The notes below the pieces were generated by a model. It saw nothing but the letters and a program-made list of their open reading frames with translations. It was not told the origin of the DNA and ran no database searches. From Octopus bimaculoides (Eukaryota), in contig NC_068981.1 in assembly GCF_001194135.2 (NCBI RefSeq), forward strand, positions 144,806,170 to 144,870,169: a stretch of 64,000 bases of DNA. Direction: 5' to 3'. Shown in pieces: positions 51,831-64,000 of this stretch. The translations under genes were made by a program, and so were the position numbers. Each line of letters opens with the position of its first letter. Position 1 is the first letter of the stretch.

Positions 51831-52999
51831 AAGCTAGGTTTTTTTTTTTATTTCATTGCATGTAACATAGATTATCCTATCCTCTTGCGGAAGCTATTAT
51901 GCGATATGCATAACGTAAGGATACATAACATAATATTACAAGACGTTAGTGACATAAAAGTTATTTAGAAAAAAACATGTGTATTTTGCATCAAAGTTTG
52001 TCTTTGTCAGAAAATAGTTATTACTTTAGATAAATATGAGCCATACTCATATTAGCTTTACAATAGCATATAATCAAATCCAGATATCGATGTAAAAAGG
52101 GAAAAAACTGGAAGAGTGAGAAATAGAATATTTTCTAAAACTATAGAAAGCATACAAAAAACAAGGAGATATTCTTTTACTTTTTACTGATGCATATTTT
52201 TAAAGTATATTACATTTCCATATTCTTACATCTTAGGCTACTTTTTAAAAAACTATAAAATGCTATTTCGCTGAATGTATATAGACAAGCAGCCAATCAC
52301 CAGTGTTTCTTTAAAATAAAACAGATTGTCTAACTAAGAGAATAAGTAGTTGGGAATATCAGGATTTTGCTCAAAATCCATTTATTTTATATGACATATT
52401 TCATATCTCTACTGATAGATTACTTTGGACTAAAATGCAATTTGATTGCCACAGCACATTTTACTTTATTTTCTTATGTTTTGCAATTGGTGGGCAATAA
52501 AGTTTCTAGTTACAACTTCCCAAAAGGCAGATCATTGAGAGTGATAAAGAAGTGTCTAACCTTGATGCAAGGGACTTCGTTCGAAAAGCACCGTTTTATC
52601 TTATTTTTACATCCGATGCCGATATAAATCGAAGACACGGACTTACACACACACAAACGAACACACGTGTGCACACACACGAACACTTGTGAGCAAACAT
52701 TAAAAAAATGAAACGCATTTAATTACATATATATATGTGCATGCACGCACACGTGCGTTTGTCTGTGAATGTGTATCTTCTACGAGATTTATTTCTTGGC
52801 GAAATTCAAGCTCTTTTATTTACGTCAGGCTGGTTTGAATGGGTTTATGGGTATCTGAATGCGTTAGTGTAGAACTGTTGCACGTAAGTGCTTGTGTATA
52901 TGTAAATATAGATTACCAGTTAATAATCCACTGTGAAATTTCTTAATGTTTTACACATGCGCACACACAATGTCTGATCCTTCATATATCTTTCCTGTT

Positions 53000-53680
53000 T
53001 CCTGAATTGTCATATTAATGGTGTAAATCGGTCCTTTTTTAGTCGTTAATAAAATCGGCTCTTATTGGTCATGACTGATCACGAGGTCGAACGTGTGGCA
53101 AGTAGGCCCTCAGTTGGGTCACTAAATTTTAAGGAAACTCTCCTGGTGTATTGTATAATGATCGGGACAATTGTGTGTTGCCCGTTGTTGAGGATTTCTT
53201 GAATTTCTCGAATTTTCTGAGTTCATTCTGCTGGTCATGTAGCCACCAGAAAATTCAGAAGGATGTCCAACATGGGTTTCTCTCAAAATGTATCTCGAGG
53301 TTTTTCCGTAAGTGTAAAGTTTTAGATATGTAAAGTTAAGAGTTATATAATCCTTTGGAATATTGAATGATTGTCAACAATATTTCAAACGATAAGGCAA
53401 TCATGTTCTTGGTCCTTGAGTTTTCAGGCAAATCCAGGACAGAGAAGTGAAATTTTCTTTATGTTCCTAGATGTTGTTTTCAGTATCCTTTGTAGTCGTT
53501 AAGCAGGATCTCTGTGCATTGTTTCTACCAATAAGATGTTCGATATACCACTCTACTTCTACCTTTTTAAGTCGATAAATTTCGGGAATTGCAAAGTGAG
53601 GCTAAGATAGAGGTTATTTAAATGTATTTTCGGTTGAGGCATTTCATGAAATAAATTATGTTGTCTACTCAAGGGTAGTC
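53000..53680 (-). mobile_element. Very decayed Penelope-like RT N-terminal remnant
   Basis: Reverse-strand fragments KGRSRVVYRTSYW*KQCTEILLNDYKGY (cf. DKG..V.M....Y..K...LL.D...Y) and LKF...GPTCHT (cf. LK.RPIV.GP.C.T). Confidence 0.4.
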
Positions 53681-53995
53681 AACCTTAACACATTTTTTTA
53701 AATAAAAGAGCATGGTATACTTGTATATAAGAGGAACGTGACCCATTCAACGCATAGGACATTTCGGGTTATTTTCTAATGTAGAAAGTTCGAAACACAG
53801 AAATAATTCTCGATAACCTTTACCAGCAAATTTGAGATATTTTCTAAATGTCATCGAAGGCAGATATTCCTTCAGCAGAATTTTCAACCGGATAATCATC
53901 CTGAGACAAGTCATCCAAATCAGAAAATTTTATACATACACACATACATATATATGTGTGCGCGTGTGTATGTGTGTTTGTGTGTGTACGTACGT

Positions 53996-54031
<36 letters not shown>

Positions 54032-55660
54032 TTAAACGCGTGTGCTTCCTCATAGGTCACATCAACAAAATTTCAAGTTGCACAAACAAGTTTTTAGCCA
54101 GTAGTAAACTATGATAGGGTATAATCTCTCAAAATGTAATACCATGTGTCGAACCTCGAACCACTAGATTTCGAGCTCAAGCCCTTAAGTATACACCTAT
54201 TCTTACATCCATAAAAGCATTTGTTCTACTACATGGCGTTGAACTTCATAGATGAAACGTACTCTGGCTGCATATCTGTGCAACTTGAGTGCAAGCTTGT
54301 ACAACTGAAGTGCATGTTTCATCTATGAAATGTTGTTTGCGGTTGGTATTAATTTATGTCACTAAACTCTTAGAAAAGGAATGAGTAACTAATAAACTAA
54401 TTGCTCCTGCCACTAAGTCTAGTACTAAATGTCTAAGTAAAAAGAAAGTCAATACTGATCGAACCAGTGGTGAAACCTATAGGGTAATGTGTGTGTGTGT
54501 GGGGGGGGGTAAATGTCATAAAGGAATTTTGTAAGATTGTGTTACCATATTTAATACAGTGAGAAATAATTCTAGAAGGAAAAAAATAACAATTATTTAT
54601 GCAAGCAGTAAAGGTAACTTTAGTTATGTTTTAGTATTATAAGACCTCTCCAGTGAAGTATAGGTTTTACCATACTTGCCGAAGTTGTGTTAAGAGAAAC
54701 ATGAGGGTGTTGTACAATATTGCATACAAGTTAGCATGAAAACTATCTATCATATTTTGTTTCTTTCCTTTGCGATCTAAAGACATGGGAATCGACTGTC
54801 TTTTCTTTCTTTCTCGTCAATATCATTTGTTCCGATAAAATATAATCTAAACCTTATCCTATATCCAAAATTGCTCTTTCACTTAAATGTTAGAATCTTT
54901 ACTTTGACATGTAAAAATGTATCTCTAAAGTAGAAAGAATCTTATATTTTATATGAAAAATAAATGTGTTCATGTTACTTTATCTCCAAATAGTTTTAGC
55001 CGCGCATGAGAAATAAATTGGATAAAAATCGATACCCGGTTGCTTTCTATTTTACAATTCACCTATTAAACCTGCAACCATCAATCTTATTCTTTATAAT
55101 AATTAATGCTTACGAAATGACATTTTTTTGTGGTTGCTGTAACGCAAAAGGTTTATACGATTGATATTAAGTACAGTTCCTGTTTATATTATAATATGAA
55201 TTTATATGGGGAAAACATTTTCGAATTATCATATTCCTTATTTTGAAAGTCCTTGAGTTCATCTGGAACTTAATAATTTTTAGTGAAAGAATTGCAGGTT
55301 TGTTTCAGCAGTAAATTTACTGTAGCAGCTACAATGAATATTTCATAAACATTTGAATCTCCGTTTTAGTTTATTTCCGTATGATTCTTTCTGTTTCTTC
55401 TTAAAAGACATTTTAGATATTGAATGTAACAATAGGTTAGCATATGTGTCAAAATTTGAATGATTGGTAAATATAGTTTATAGTCAGAATATATAGGTAA
55501 TCTTTGTAAAGTCTGAACGATAAGACTGAAGTGAATTTATTGCTCTTTGATTCAAGAAACAAATATATTGTAAGAAAACATAAGAAAAGTGATAGACATG
55601 AAAGGAATTGATGGGGACCGGATAAACAAAAAAGGAAACATTATTATTATTATTATTATT

Positions 55661-55996
55661 CAGTAGTTTTATTTTTATAACGTGCTTTCAATTCACTACC
55701 GAGCGCAGCTCTGTGCGCCTTGGGTATGTGCTGTGGTTTGCTGTGGTGCTCTTATGTTTACTGTATTGAAAGTGTTTTGCGTAGAATGTGTGCAGTACCC
55801 AGTAGTGCAATTTTCTGTATGTTATATATATTTGTAAGTCCTGGTATTTTTGTTATGTATTTGTCTGAATATTTTTTTATTATACCTAAGGCACCTACTA
55901 TGATAGGAATTGTTTCTGTTTTTAGATTCCACATTCGAGTTATCTCTATTTCCAGGTCTTTGTATTTTGAAAGTTTTTCCATTTCTTTTAGAGAAA
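55661..55996 (-). mobile_element. 5'-truncated R4/Dong-like LINE: intact C-terminal 74 aa plus 3'UTR, flanked by (ATT)n on both sides
   Basis: EKLSKYKDLEIEITRMWNLKTETIPIIVGALGIIKK...QKIALLGTAHILRKTLSIQ* (55758-55982). (ATT)n at 55640-55660 and 55997-56024. Confidence 0.92.
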
Positions 55997-56401
55997 TATT
56001 ATTATTATTATTATTATTATTATTGAAACGTACTGAGTTGTTCTATCTTGACATTTTCAAAAGACTATAAATGATACAAAGGGTTTTGATGGATTAGATA
56101 TATCAACGGCACATTTAACTTGAGCAATCAAATCCTCATTGTAACCACCATCATCAATATCCTCACCGTTATCATCGTCGTCGTTGTCGTCATTGTCCAC
56201 ATCGTCGCCGCCATCTCCGTCATCCTCGTCATCATCATCACTGACATCGTCAACATCATAATCATTAATATCATCATCCTATGATCGATGTTGTAAACTT
56301 TACGTACAAAGTTACTGGACGATTGCAACTGGAATACCTTTTAATGTCTGACAGTACATTTTAGAGCTGACAATCAACAGTATTATCATCATCATCATCA
56401 T

Positions 56402-56617
56402 AAGGTGGTGAGCTGGCAGAAACGTTAGCATTCCGGGCGAAATGCTTAGCGATATTTCGTCTGTCTTTACGTTCTCAGTTCAAATTCCACCGAGGTCAAT
56501 TTTGCCTGTCATCCTTTCGGGGTCGATAAATTAAGTACCAGTTGCGTACTGGAGTCGACCTAATCGACTGGCCTCTTCCCCCAAAATTTTGGGCCTTGTG
56601 CTTGGAGTAGAAAAGAT
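56402..56617 (+). mobile_element. SINE-B, full length, in an (ATC)n tract
   Basis: AAGGTGGTGAGCTGGCAGAAACGTTAG...GTTCAAATTCC...CATCCTTTCGGGGTCGATAAATTAAGTACCAG...GGCCTTGTGCTTGGAGTAGAAAAG. ATC repeats on both flanks. Confidence 0.92.
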
Positions 56618-56839
56618 CGTCATCACCTTGCATTTCGATTATACTGCCCCAGTGATAAAAAATGTTTTGTTGTGTGTGTATAATCTACTGATGTATATGT
56701 TGAATGAACAATTAAAAACCTCAGATTTTGAAGTCAGTATTTCAAGATTTGAGTTTTGTTTTCCGTCTCACTCGTTGTAGTCGAATGTGTAGAAAGACCT
56801 ATCTTTTGAATTACAAGTACAATCTACCTGTCGGAGTTC

Positions 56840-56985
56840 GGTAGTTTCCATTAACCTAATTTCACTCACAAAGTATGGGTCGACTCGAGGCTATTGAAAA
56901 TGACATTTGCCCAAGAAGCCAAGAAGTGAGATCGCAGCTGGGATCACGTGGCTGTGATTTTCTTAGCATTCATACTGATGGTGCA
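56840..56985 (-). mobile_element. SINE family A, decayed
   Basis: TTTCACTCACAAAGTATGGGTCGACTCGAGGCTATTG...GACATTTGCCCAAG. Confidence 0.6.
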
Positions 56986-57420
56986 TACACACTCACACAC
57001 ACATACACACACACACACACAGTCACATACACACACACACTAATCGTAACAAACTTCACAATCACCAGGCCAGTTTATATAAGCCTTTTTAGCGAGAAAT
57101 TATGACATATCCCTTCTGCTTAAAAGAAAAATTTAAATTTGTGCTTTCTTACTTGAATTTAGAATTGAAGGCAATAATTTAAAATATTTCGTTTTACGTT
57201 AAATTTTAAAATTTTCAATAGCGATAGCAATGAATTTAGAGTAAGCTATTTTTGGAGGTAGAAAAATATGGCGATACATAGCGTATCGCTATATCTTTCG
57301 ACTTTATATCCTCGAAACATTTCCTAAGAATGTTCCGCTACGATCTATAATTTCTATAGAAAGTTTTGAAATCAAACACATTAAATAAATGGAAGTGACA
57401 GTTCTTTCTAAACGTGTATG

Positions 57421-57453
<33 letters not shown>

Positions 57454-57989
57454 GTGTGTGTGTGTTTAAATGTGCGTATGTGTGTGTACATGTGAGCGTG
57501 TACGCATACATATATGCATTTGTATCATATACATAAATGTATATATATATATATATGGCTGTATATCTACAGAGATAGATACACGCTCAACACACACACG
57601 CTCACACACACACACGCACACATATATATTGATATACATATGTATATATGTATGTATATTTGTATGTATATACGTATAAACACATACGTATATTTGGACG
57701 GTTGACACATGGCCAATATTCCAGTGAAATTAGATGCCATAAAGTAAAAGCATTTACCAAAGAAACTAAGTACGTAGGTTTCAGAGCCATTTTGAAATTG
57801 AAAAACGTATTTATTTGACAATCAATTCTATTCCAGGAATATATATCTTACATCTCTATTTACAGACAAAGAACTGCAGATCTGATAACTTCTTTTTACT
57901 GAATACATCGGTGACTAAGCATAGCCAAATCTGCTCTGTTCAGTATTGACAACATGTCAATAGAAGACAATGTATTGTTCTTAATAATG

Positions 57990-57991
57990 AC

Positions 57992-58056
<65 letters not shown>

Positions 58057-58102
58057 CAGTAGTAGTAGTAGTAGTAGCAGCAGCAGCAGCAGCAGCAGCA
58101 GC
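57990..58102. repeat. (GTA)n(GCA)n compound microsatellite
   Basis: Directly visible. Confidence 0.95.
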
Positions 58103-58244
58103 AAAGAGGAATGTATTGGAAAGCTGAAAAGAATGGATAGCATGGTACCGTAGGCTGCAGGTAGCAAGACCGTTACGCATATATAACTCAAGCAGCTCCA
58201 ACAAATCTGTGATAGAGAAAGAGCAATATTAATAACAATAATAA

Positions 58245-58411
58245 TAATCTTTTCTATTGTAGGCACAAGGCCCAGAGATTTGGGGGAGGAGACTATTCGA
58301 TTACATTGACCCCAGAATTTCACTGGTATTTAATTTATCGAACCCGAAAGCAAAGTCGACCTCGGCGGAATGTGAACTCAGAACGTAGCGACGAGCGAAA
58401 TAGCGCTAAGC

Positions 58412-58412
<1 letters not shown>
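58245..58412 (-). mobile_element. SINE-B lacking its extreme 5' head
   Basis: AATCTTTTCTATTGTAGGCACAAGGCCC...GCAAAGTCGACCTCGGCGGAATGTGAACTCAGAACGTAGCG. Confidence 0.85.
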
Positions 58413-58462
<50 letters not shown>

Positions 58463-58489
58463 GTGATGATGCTGGCGATGATGATGGTA

Positions 58490-58529
<40 letters not shown>

Positions 58530-58577
58530 CGATGACGACGACGACGACGACGATGATGATGAAGATGATGATGATGA
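58413..58577. repeat. (AAT)n(GAT)n(GAC)n(GAT)n compound microsatellite
   Basis: Directly visible. Confidence 0.95.
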
Positions 58578-60699
58578 GAAAGTTTATGATAATCATTTGA
58601 TTTTTAGTTCATTCTGTTCTTGTATCTGGAAGTTTGCGTTTTTGCACAAGGTTATTAAAAGCGGGACGTTTATCAGGTATTGCACAGTCAAATTGTAAAA
58701 GAATATATAAACATTTGAATCTGAACAGAATATTAGTTTTAGAAATTATTAAATTCTAAGGTTTCTAGTTGAAGCCTTATTTATTGAATTCATAATACTT
58801 GCGCAAGGAGTTTAACCAGTCTTAAAATGTTATAATAGTCTTGGAATTTGATTTAAAAAAAAATATAAATTAACTTTTCCATTTCCGTTATTGAGTTGAA
58901 ACTTGAAATACGGCATAAGGATAAACAAATGTAATTTATCATAACATGAAGTCACATACAGCGCAAACAAACAAGCCAAATAGTAAAATTAATACTATAT
59001 ATATTAATAATAATATCAACACAGTTACGACATAGGTAAGATGGTCTGGCAAAGATTTACTTTAAACTTAAGTGTTTGTTTGAAGAATAACAAGTAAAGC
59101 CAATTAGAGACTGAGTATGAAAGTAAACATAACTGAGACCTACATAAGCTTTAGGGCTAAAATAAAGAAGGAAGTGTAAATATATATAAATCACTTCCTG
59201 TGTTTGATTTCGAAAAAAGAAAATAAATTTCTTTACCTTCCTCTATAGTTTTAAGATGTCTGCTTGAGTCTAAATGTAATTATAAACATCTATTGCTCCG
59301 ATATTATCTGAATTTCTATCTCACTTCAACGGCACACACAATACCAAGTAATAACTACGGAGCATCTGCTTGCCATGAAATTAGTTCTTTTAGCTCTCTA
59401 TTACATGAGATAAATTTCTCTTAAATTACAACGTATCACACGTGTGTGTTTCATAACAACATGTTATCGTAATATATATTAAGTCAGAATTTATTTTTGT
59501 TTCGTCTACTATAATTTTATATTATTAGTAAGTGTTATTTAAGATAAATAATTAATATAAAGAAAAAAATACTCGCATGATATATTTGCGATTTGTTACT
59601 GTTGTTGTCATTGTGTATACCCAGATCATCCCAGATCGAATAGTTTTACATGTTTCTCACACACAACCGTCTTTTTGTTGCATCCTTCAAGTCTTTTTGG
59701 TCTGATTATATTGCATGCGACTCCGTTTACTAAACCTGGTAAAGTGTTATATGAGGTAGATTTGGTTGATATTTCAAGCTAGTTGAAGAATCTTGCCAGC
59801 TTGTGATATGCTTAATTATAATTGTATTTTCGACATAATTTAAAATATTCAGAAATGTTTAAGAAAACTGTTGTTACATATTTCATATGAAAGTTGGGAA
59901 AGAGAAGAAAGTTTTATTTATTTAATTTTGTAAAAGATTATTTGATGTCAATAATCTTTCGAACTGCCAGACATAATAGTGTTCTGCAAAAGACCCCCGT
60001 TGCTTTTCACTTTTATTGAAGACATTTTTGTGTATCCTGTATTGTCATATATTTCATGAACAATTGTAATAACAAAGTCGTAGAAGCCAGTGCCTCATTA
60101 GTACACAATTGAAGGTTTAAAGGCCTCATTAGAGAAAGCTAACGCTGGGGTATAACTTCCTCCAAATCCTGACTTCTTCAAACTCTTTTGTGGAGTAGAT
60201 TGTTATTCTTGAATAGTGTTCTAATGATTCATTGTATCTCAAACAGATATTTGCAGCAACGAAAAATTATACAAAATATGCTGTCACTCTACCTTTAGCC
60301 TGAGTAAAAAATATAAACTCAGTTAATGGAGTAGATATGCATTTCTTGGAAAAATGGTATTATAACCCAGAAAATTTGGATTATTATTTACAGTTAACTT
60401 TAGGAGGCATCTATAATTCAATTTATTCTTGCACAAGATTTTGCACAATTCTCTAGGTTGTTGAAAATTATTCTTAATACAGTAGATACGGTATGAATCA
60501 GTATTCATTTAGGGTCTATTTGCTATTGATTAATGAACTGATGACAGTCTTTCAAGCGTTTCTAAAAGTTATGAGCACACGCTAGGAAATGATATCTTGA
60601 TATTACTTTATCCGTACAGAATGACATAGTTTTTCTGTTCCAATACGAACATTTATATGCTAGAAGGTTTAGTAAACGAAATTACTGCGCTTGTGTGAC

Positions 60700-60816
60700 T
60701 GTGTGCATGTATACATACATTAATATTTGTATGTATATATGTAAACGTGTCTGTATGTGTGTGCGTGCGTATGTGTATGTGTGTGCGTGCGTATGTGTAT
60801 GTGTGTGCGTGCGTAT

Positions 60817-60892
<76 letters not shown>
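60700..60892. repeat. (TG)-rich repeat followed by (GA)n
   Basis: Directly visible. Confidence 0.95.
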
Positions 60893-60894
<2 letters not shown>

Positions 60895-62161
60895 GTGTGT
60901 ATCTATATACAAACTATATGAGAGCTAGACACACTCGATATACACAACATGTAATAGTGATCAAATGAATTTTAACTTAAACTCCAAAGTTTTCATCAAG
61001 CACTAGACCAGCGGCGTCAAGAATGGGTGTAAGAGAACAACACTGAGGCGAGCTGATGTGAAGATAAACACAATTAGCTTGACATACATGTATTTTTGTG
61101 TGTGGCGATCGTTGTATTCTTTCTTGTCTTGAGGTTCACAGCCAAACGGCTGGGTGGATTCGTGTGAAAAATGGCACACATGTGCAGATGGGTGCATAGA
61201 TTGGAATACTCTTTTCCTAGCCCCCATACTTACTGAGAAAATCAATTAAAACTTTTTCTAATGGAATTCCCCTATTTGTTCCGCCATTAAAACAACCAGT
61301 TGCTCACACAGCCAGCATATGCCATTTCGCTAGCAACAAGGGGAGTACAGGATGACAGTCAGCCAAAGCTTTCGCTCTGCTGTCTCTCTTCTTTCATCTC
61401 TTTGCGGGGTTAATAATCTTAATCTTTAGTTACAGTTTCTCATTCAAACTATATAATAGGCAGAATTGTCGGATTAAGGCAGTAGGGTGTTTTAAGGGAG
61501 ATTTGGCTGCTATTCCTACCAGGTCTAGCTACCAAGTAGAGGTCTGAACTTAATTTTCATTCACATATTTGCATTTCAAAAATTTAACAATCTTTTCCAT
61601 AAATCAACTATCGTAAACGTATACACACACGCAAGCACGCATACACGCATGCACACATATACACACACACATAGATACACACACACATAGATACACATAG
61701 ACACACACACACACACACACACAGATACACACACACACATAGATACACACACACACACACACGTCCATTTCATATATCTTTCAATTTCTGCTCTCTGCAA
61801 ATAAATTTTTACGGATACAACTGCTTACAAAATTAGGGATTAATGTATAATATCTTTCTATGTTCATAATGAAATCAATGTTTTAATGATTAGACAGGGG
61901 TCCAATGGAATAGCTCTCAGAAATAGACTACGTACAAATTCGTTCTTCACAACTCCTGAAGCTGTTTTCTGACAAGGGGTGGGGAGTCAAGAAATTTTCA
62001 TACAGCTGGAGGCTCCAATCGAAGCAAGGGACCCCGAAATGAGGGTTGAGAAACACTATTATAGATTATGCCTAACCGAAAACCATCACAGCCACATCAT
62101 CCAAACAGACGGGGTGAAACTGGGCTTCGCTGCTAGTGTGTATATATATATATATATATAT

Positions 62162-63184
62162 ATAAAGTGAAGTATATTTGCCATTTAAATGTGGCTGACC
62201 CCTAAGGGTGGATGTTACTGTTGCTTTTAGCCCCAGGAGAACATCTCCTCCAGCTTGCTTATCGGCACACATCTGTGTCCTGTCTATTTTTGCCAAGGGA
62301 AGTTATCCCTCCCATCTTGATCTGCGATACGTACGGACCCGAGTTTCAGGGTTATTTCCCTTCTTCAGCGTACGATAATCGCCGACCTTCGATGAGAAAG
62401 ACAATCTCTTGGCAAAATATAAGTCTTTTTCCAGTGAACTTATTCACTNNNNNNNNNNNNNNNNNNNNNNNNNNNNNNNNNNNNNNNNNNNNNNNNNNNN
62501 NNNNNNNNNNNNNNNNNNNNNNNNNNNNNNNNNNNNNNNNNNNNNNNNNNNNNNNNNNNNNNNNNNNNNNNNNNNNNNNNNNNNNNNNNNNNNNNNNNNN
62601 NNNNNNNNNNNNNNNNNNNNNNNNNNNNNNNNNNNNNNNNNNNNNNNNNNNNNNNNNNNNNNNNNNNNNNNNNNNNNNNNNNNNNNNNNNNNNNNNNNNN
62701 NNNNNNNNNNNNNNNNNNNNNNNNNNNNNNNNNNNNNNNNNNNNNNNNNNNNNNNNNNNNNNNNNNNNNNNNNNNNNNNNNNNNNNNNNNNNNNNNNNNN
62801 NNNNNNNNNNNNNNNNNNNNNNNNNNNNNNNNNNNNNNNNNNNNNNNNNNNNNNNNNNNNNNNNNNNNNNNNNNNNNNNNNNNNNNNNNNNNNNNNNNNN
62901 NNNNNNNNNNNNNNNNNNNNNNNNNATATTTTGCCTAGAGATTGTCTTTCTCATCGAAGGTCGGCGATTACCGTACGCTGAAAAAGGGAAATATCCCTGA
63001 AACTCGGGTCCGTACGTATCGCAGATCAAGATGGGAGGGATAACTTCCCTTGGCAAAAATAGACAGGACACAGATGTGTGGCGATAAGCCAGCTGGAGGA
63101 GATGTTCTCCTGGGGCTAAAAGCAACAGTAACATTCACCCTTAGGGGTCAGCCACATTTAAATGGCAAATATACTTCACTTTAT
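62162..63184. mobile_element. Long inverted repeat (two 259-bp arms, 7 mismatches) flanking an assembly gap; foldback/long-TIR element candidate
   Basis: 62162-62420 is the reverse complement of 62926-63184 except for 7 substitutions (about 97%). The centre (62449-62925) is N. Confidence 0.75.
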
Positions 63185-63228
63185 CGTGCAGTTACTGTTA
63201 ATACCTCGTTCAGAGATTTAACATTGCT

Positions 63229-63259
<31 letters not shown>

Positions 63260-63644
63260 GCATATAGACACATATGTTGAGAAAGATAAATACACATGTA
63301 CATATATACGAATACATTTACATAGGGTATAAAAAATGCATAATATTAAGACAATGCACAATTTCTTCATTCGACAGTTGTTACAGGAAGTTTGGATTTA
63401 GGTAATGATATTAATGTTCATAATTTACTAATGGAATGTGGGTGCAACCAGTAAACACAGATATTACCGACTTCCTTTATCAAGTGAAAGTTGGCAATAA
63501 TGTGTATGTCTGTGTGTTTGTGTTTGTGTGTGTGTTTGTGTGTGTGTTTGTGTTTGTGTGTGTTTGTGTGTGTGAGGGTCTGTGTGTGTGTGGATAGATC
63601 AATATATAGATAGGTAGATAGATAGATAGATAGATAGATAGATA

Positions 63645-63925
63645 CATTTCTTTTCTTAGCCACACAGGGCTCAACAAAGATGGGACAAATACAATGTAGA
63701 GCTTTTCTTTTTGGGAGGGGGAAGGAAAAAAAAAGTGTGTCGATCAAAAGGGATCGTAGGAAGGGGAAAAGGAGGGAGTTCGATCAAAATGGGTCGAGAA
63801 AAAAAAAGCAATCAATAGGGATCGTGTATCACAGTAATGTTCTCGTGTAAAAAGAGGGGAGGACAGTTTAGGTTTAGCCGTGGAAAGAAAAGCCTACGGA
63901 AAAGACCACGGTAACCTTGGTCAAT
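63645..63925 (-). mobile_element. 3' end of a non-LTR retroelement embedded in (GATA)n
   Basis: The reverse strand ends TTTGTCCCATCTTTGTTGAGCCCTGTGTGGCTAAGAAAAGAAAT, similar to the tail at 39498-39545. (GATA)n on both flanks (63607-63643 and 63924-64000). Confidence 0.65.
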
Positions 63926-63941
63926 AGATAGATAGATAGAT

Positions 63942-64000
<59 letters not shown>

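Noticed and set aside
55720-56070. 116-aa hydrophobic + strand ORF (also 43328-43528, 45515-45880, 46075-46395)
   Set aside because: These are antisense shadows of R4/Dong-like coding sequence.
57270-57290. Small GC hairpin GCGATAC-ATAGC-GTATCGC as a Helitron 3' end
   Set aside because: No CTRR terminus at the expected distance.
61228-61420. Perfect GTAAGT donor on the minus strand after a moderately GC-rich segment
   Set aside because: ATG-started frames hit stops before the donor and no acceptor or TSS evidence is visible. A UTR exon cannot be excluded.
62043-62057. hAT-like terminus GGTTGAGAAACACT
   Set aside because: No matching opposite end or 8-bp TSD was found nearby.

Overview
AT-rich eukaryotic genomic DNA from a gapped short-read scaffold (9 N-runs, most next to microsatellites). 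The SINE families and extreme microsatellite load resemble an octopus (coleoid cephalopod) genome; this is recalled similarity and was not checked against a database. No host protein-coding gene, RNA gene or CRISPR array could be recognised, and only three weak candidate exons are offered. The window is a transposon graveyard. It holds at least four tRNA-derived SINE families (my labels A-D), with SINE-B forming co-oriented head-to-tail arrays. There are about eight decayed R4/Dong-like (RT plus restriction-like endonuclease) LINE fragments, mostly stacked at 42.7-48.4 kb and bounded by (AAT)n/(ATC)n tracts. Also present are Tc1/mariner derivatives, Penelope-like relics with hammerhead-like cores, and several inverted-repeat elements. 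The most notable structure is a 1.77-kb minus-strand retroelement (39498-41271) carrying only a Gag-like CCHC ORF1 and no ORF2. It sits inside a SINE-B head with a 19-bp target-site duplication. Its 3' tail is shared with a SINE-B tail variant (14582-14802) and with a 3' end embedded in (GATA)n (63645-63925), which suggests an L1/Tx1-type LINE, half-LINE and SINE system using one 3' recognition tail. Coordinates of decayed repeats are approximate (about +/-10-20 bp).
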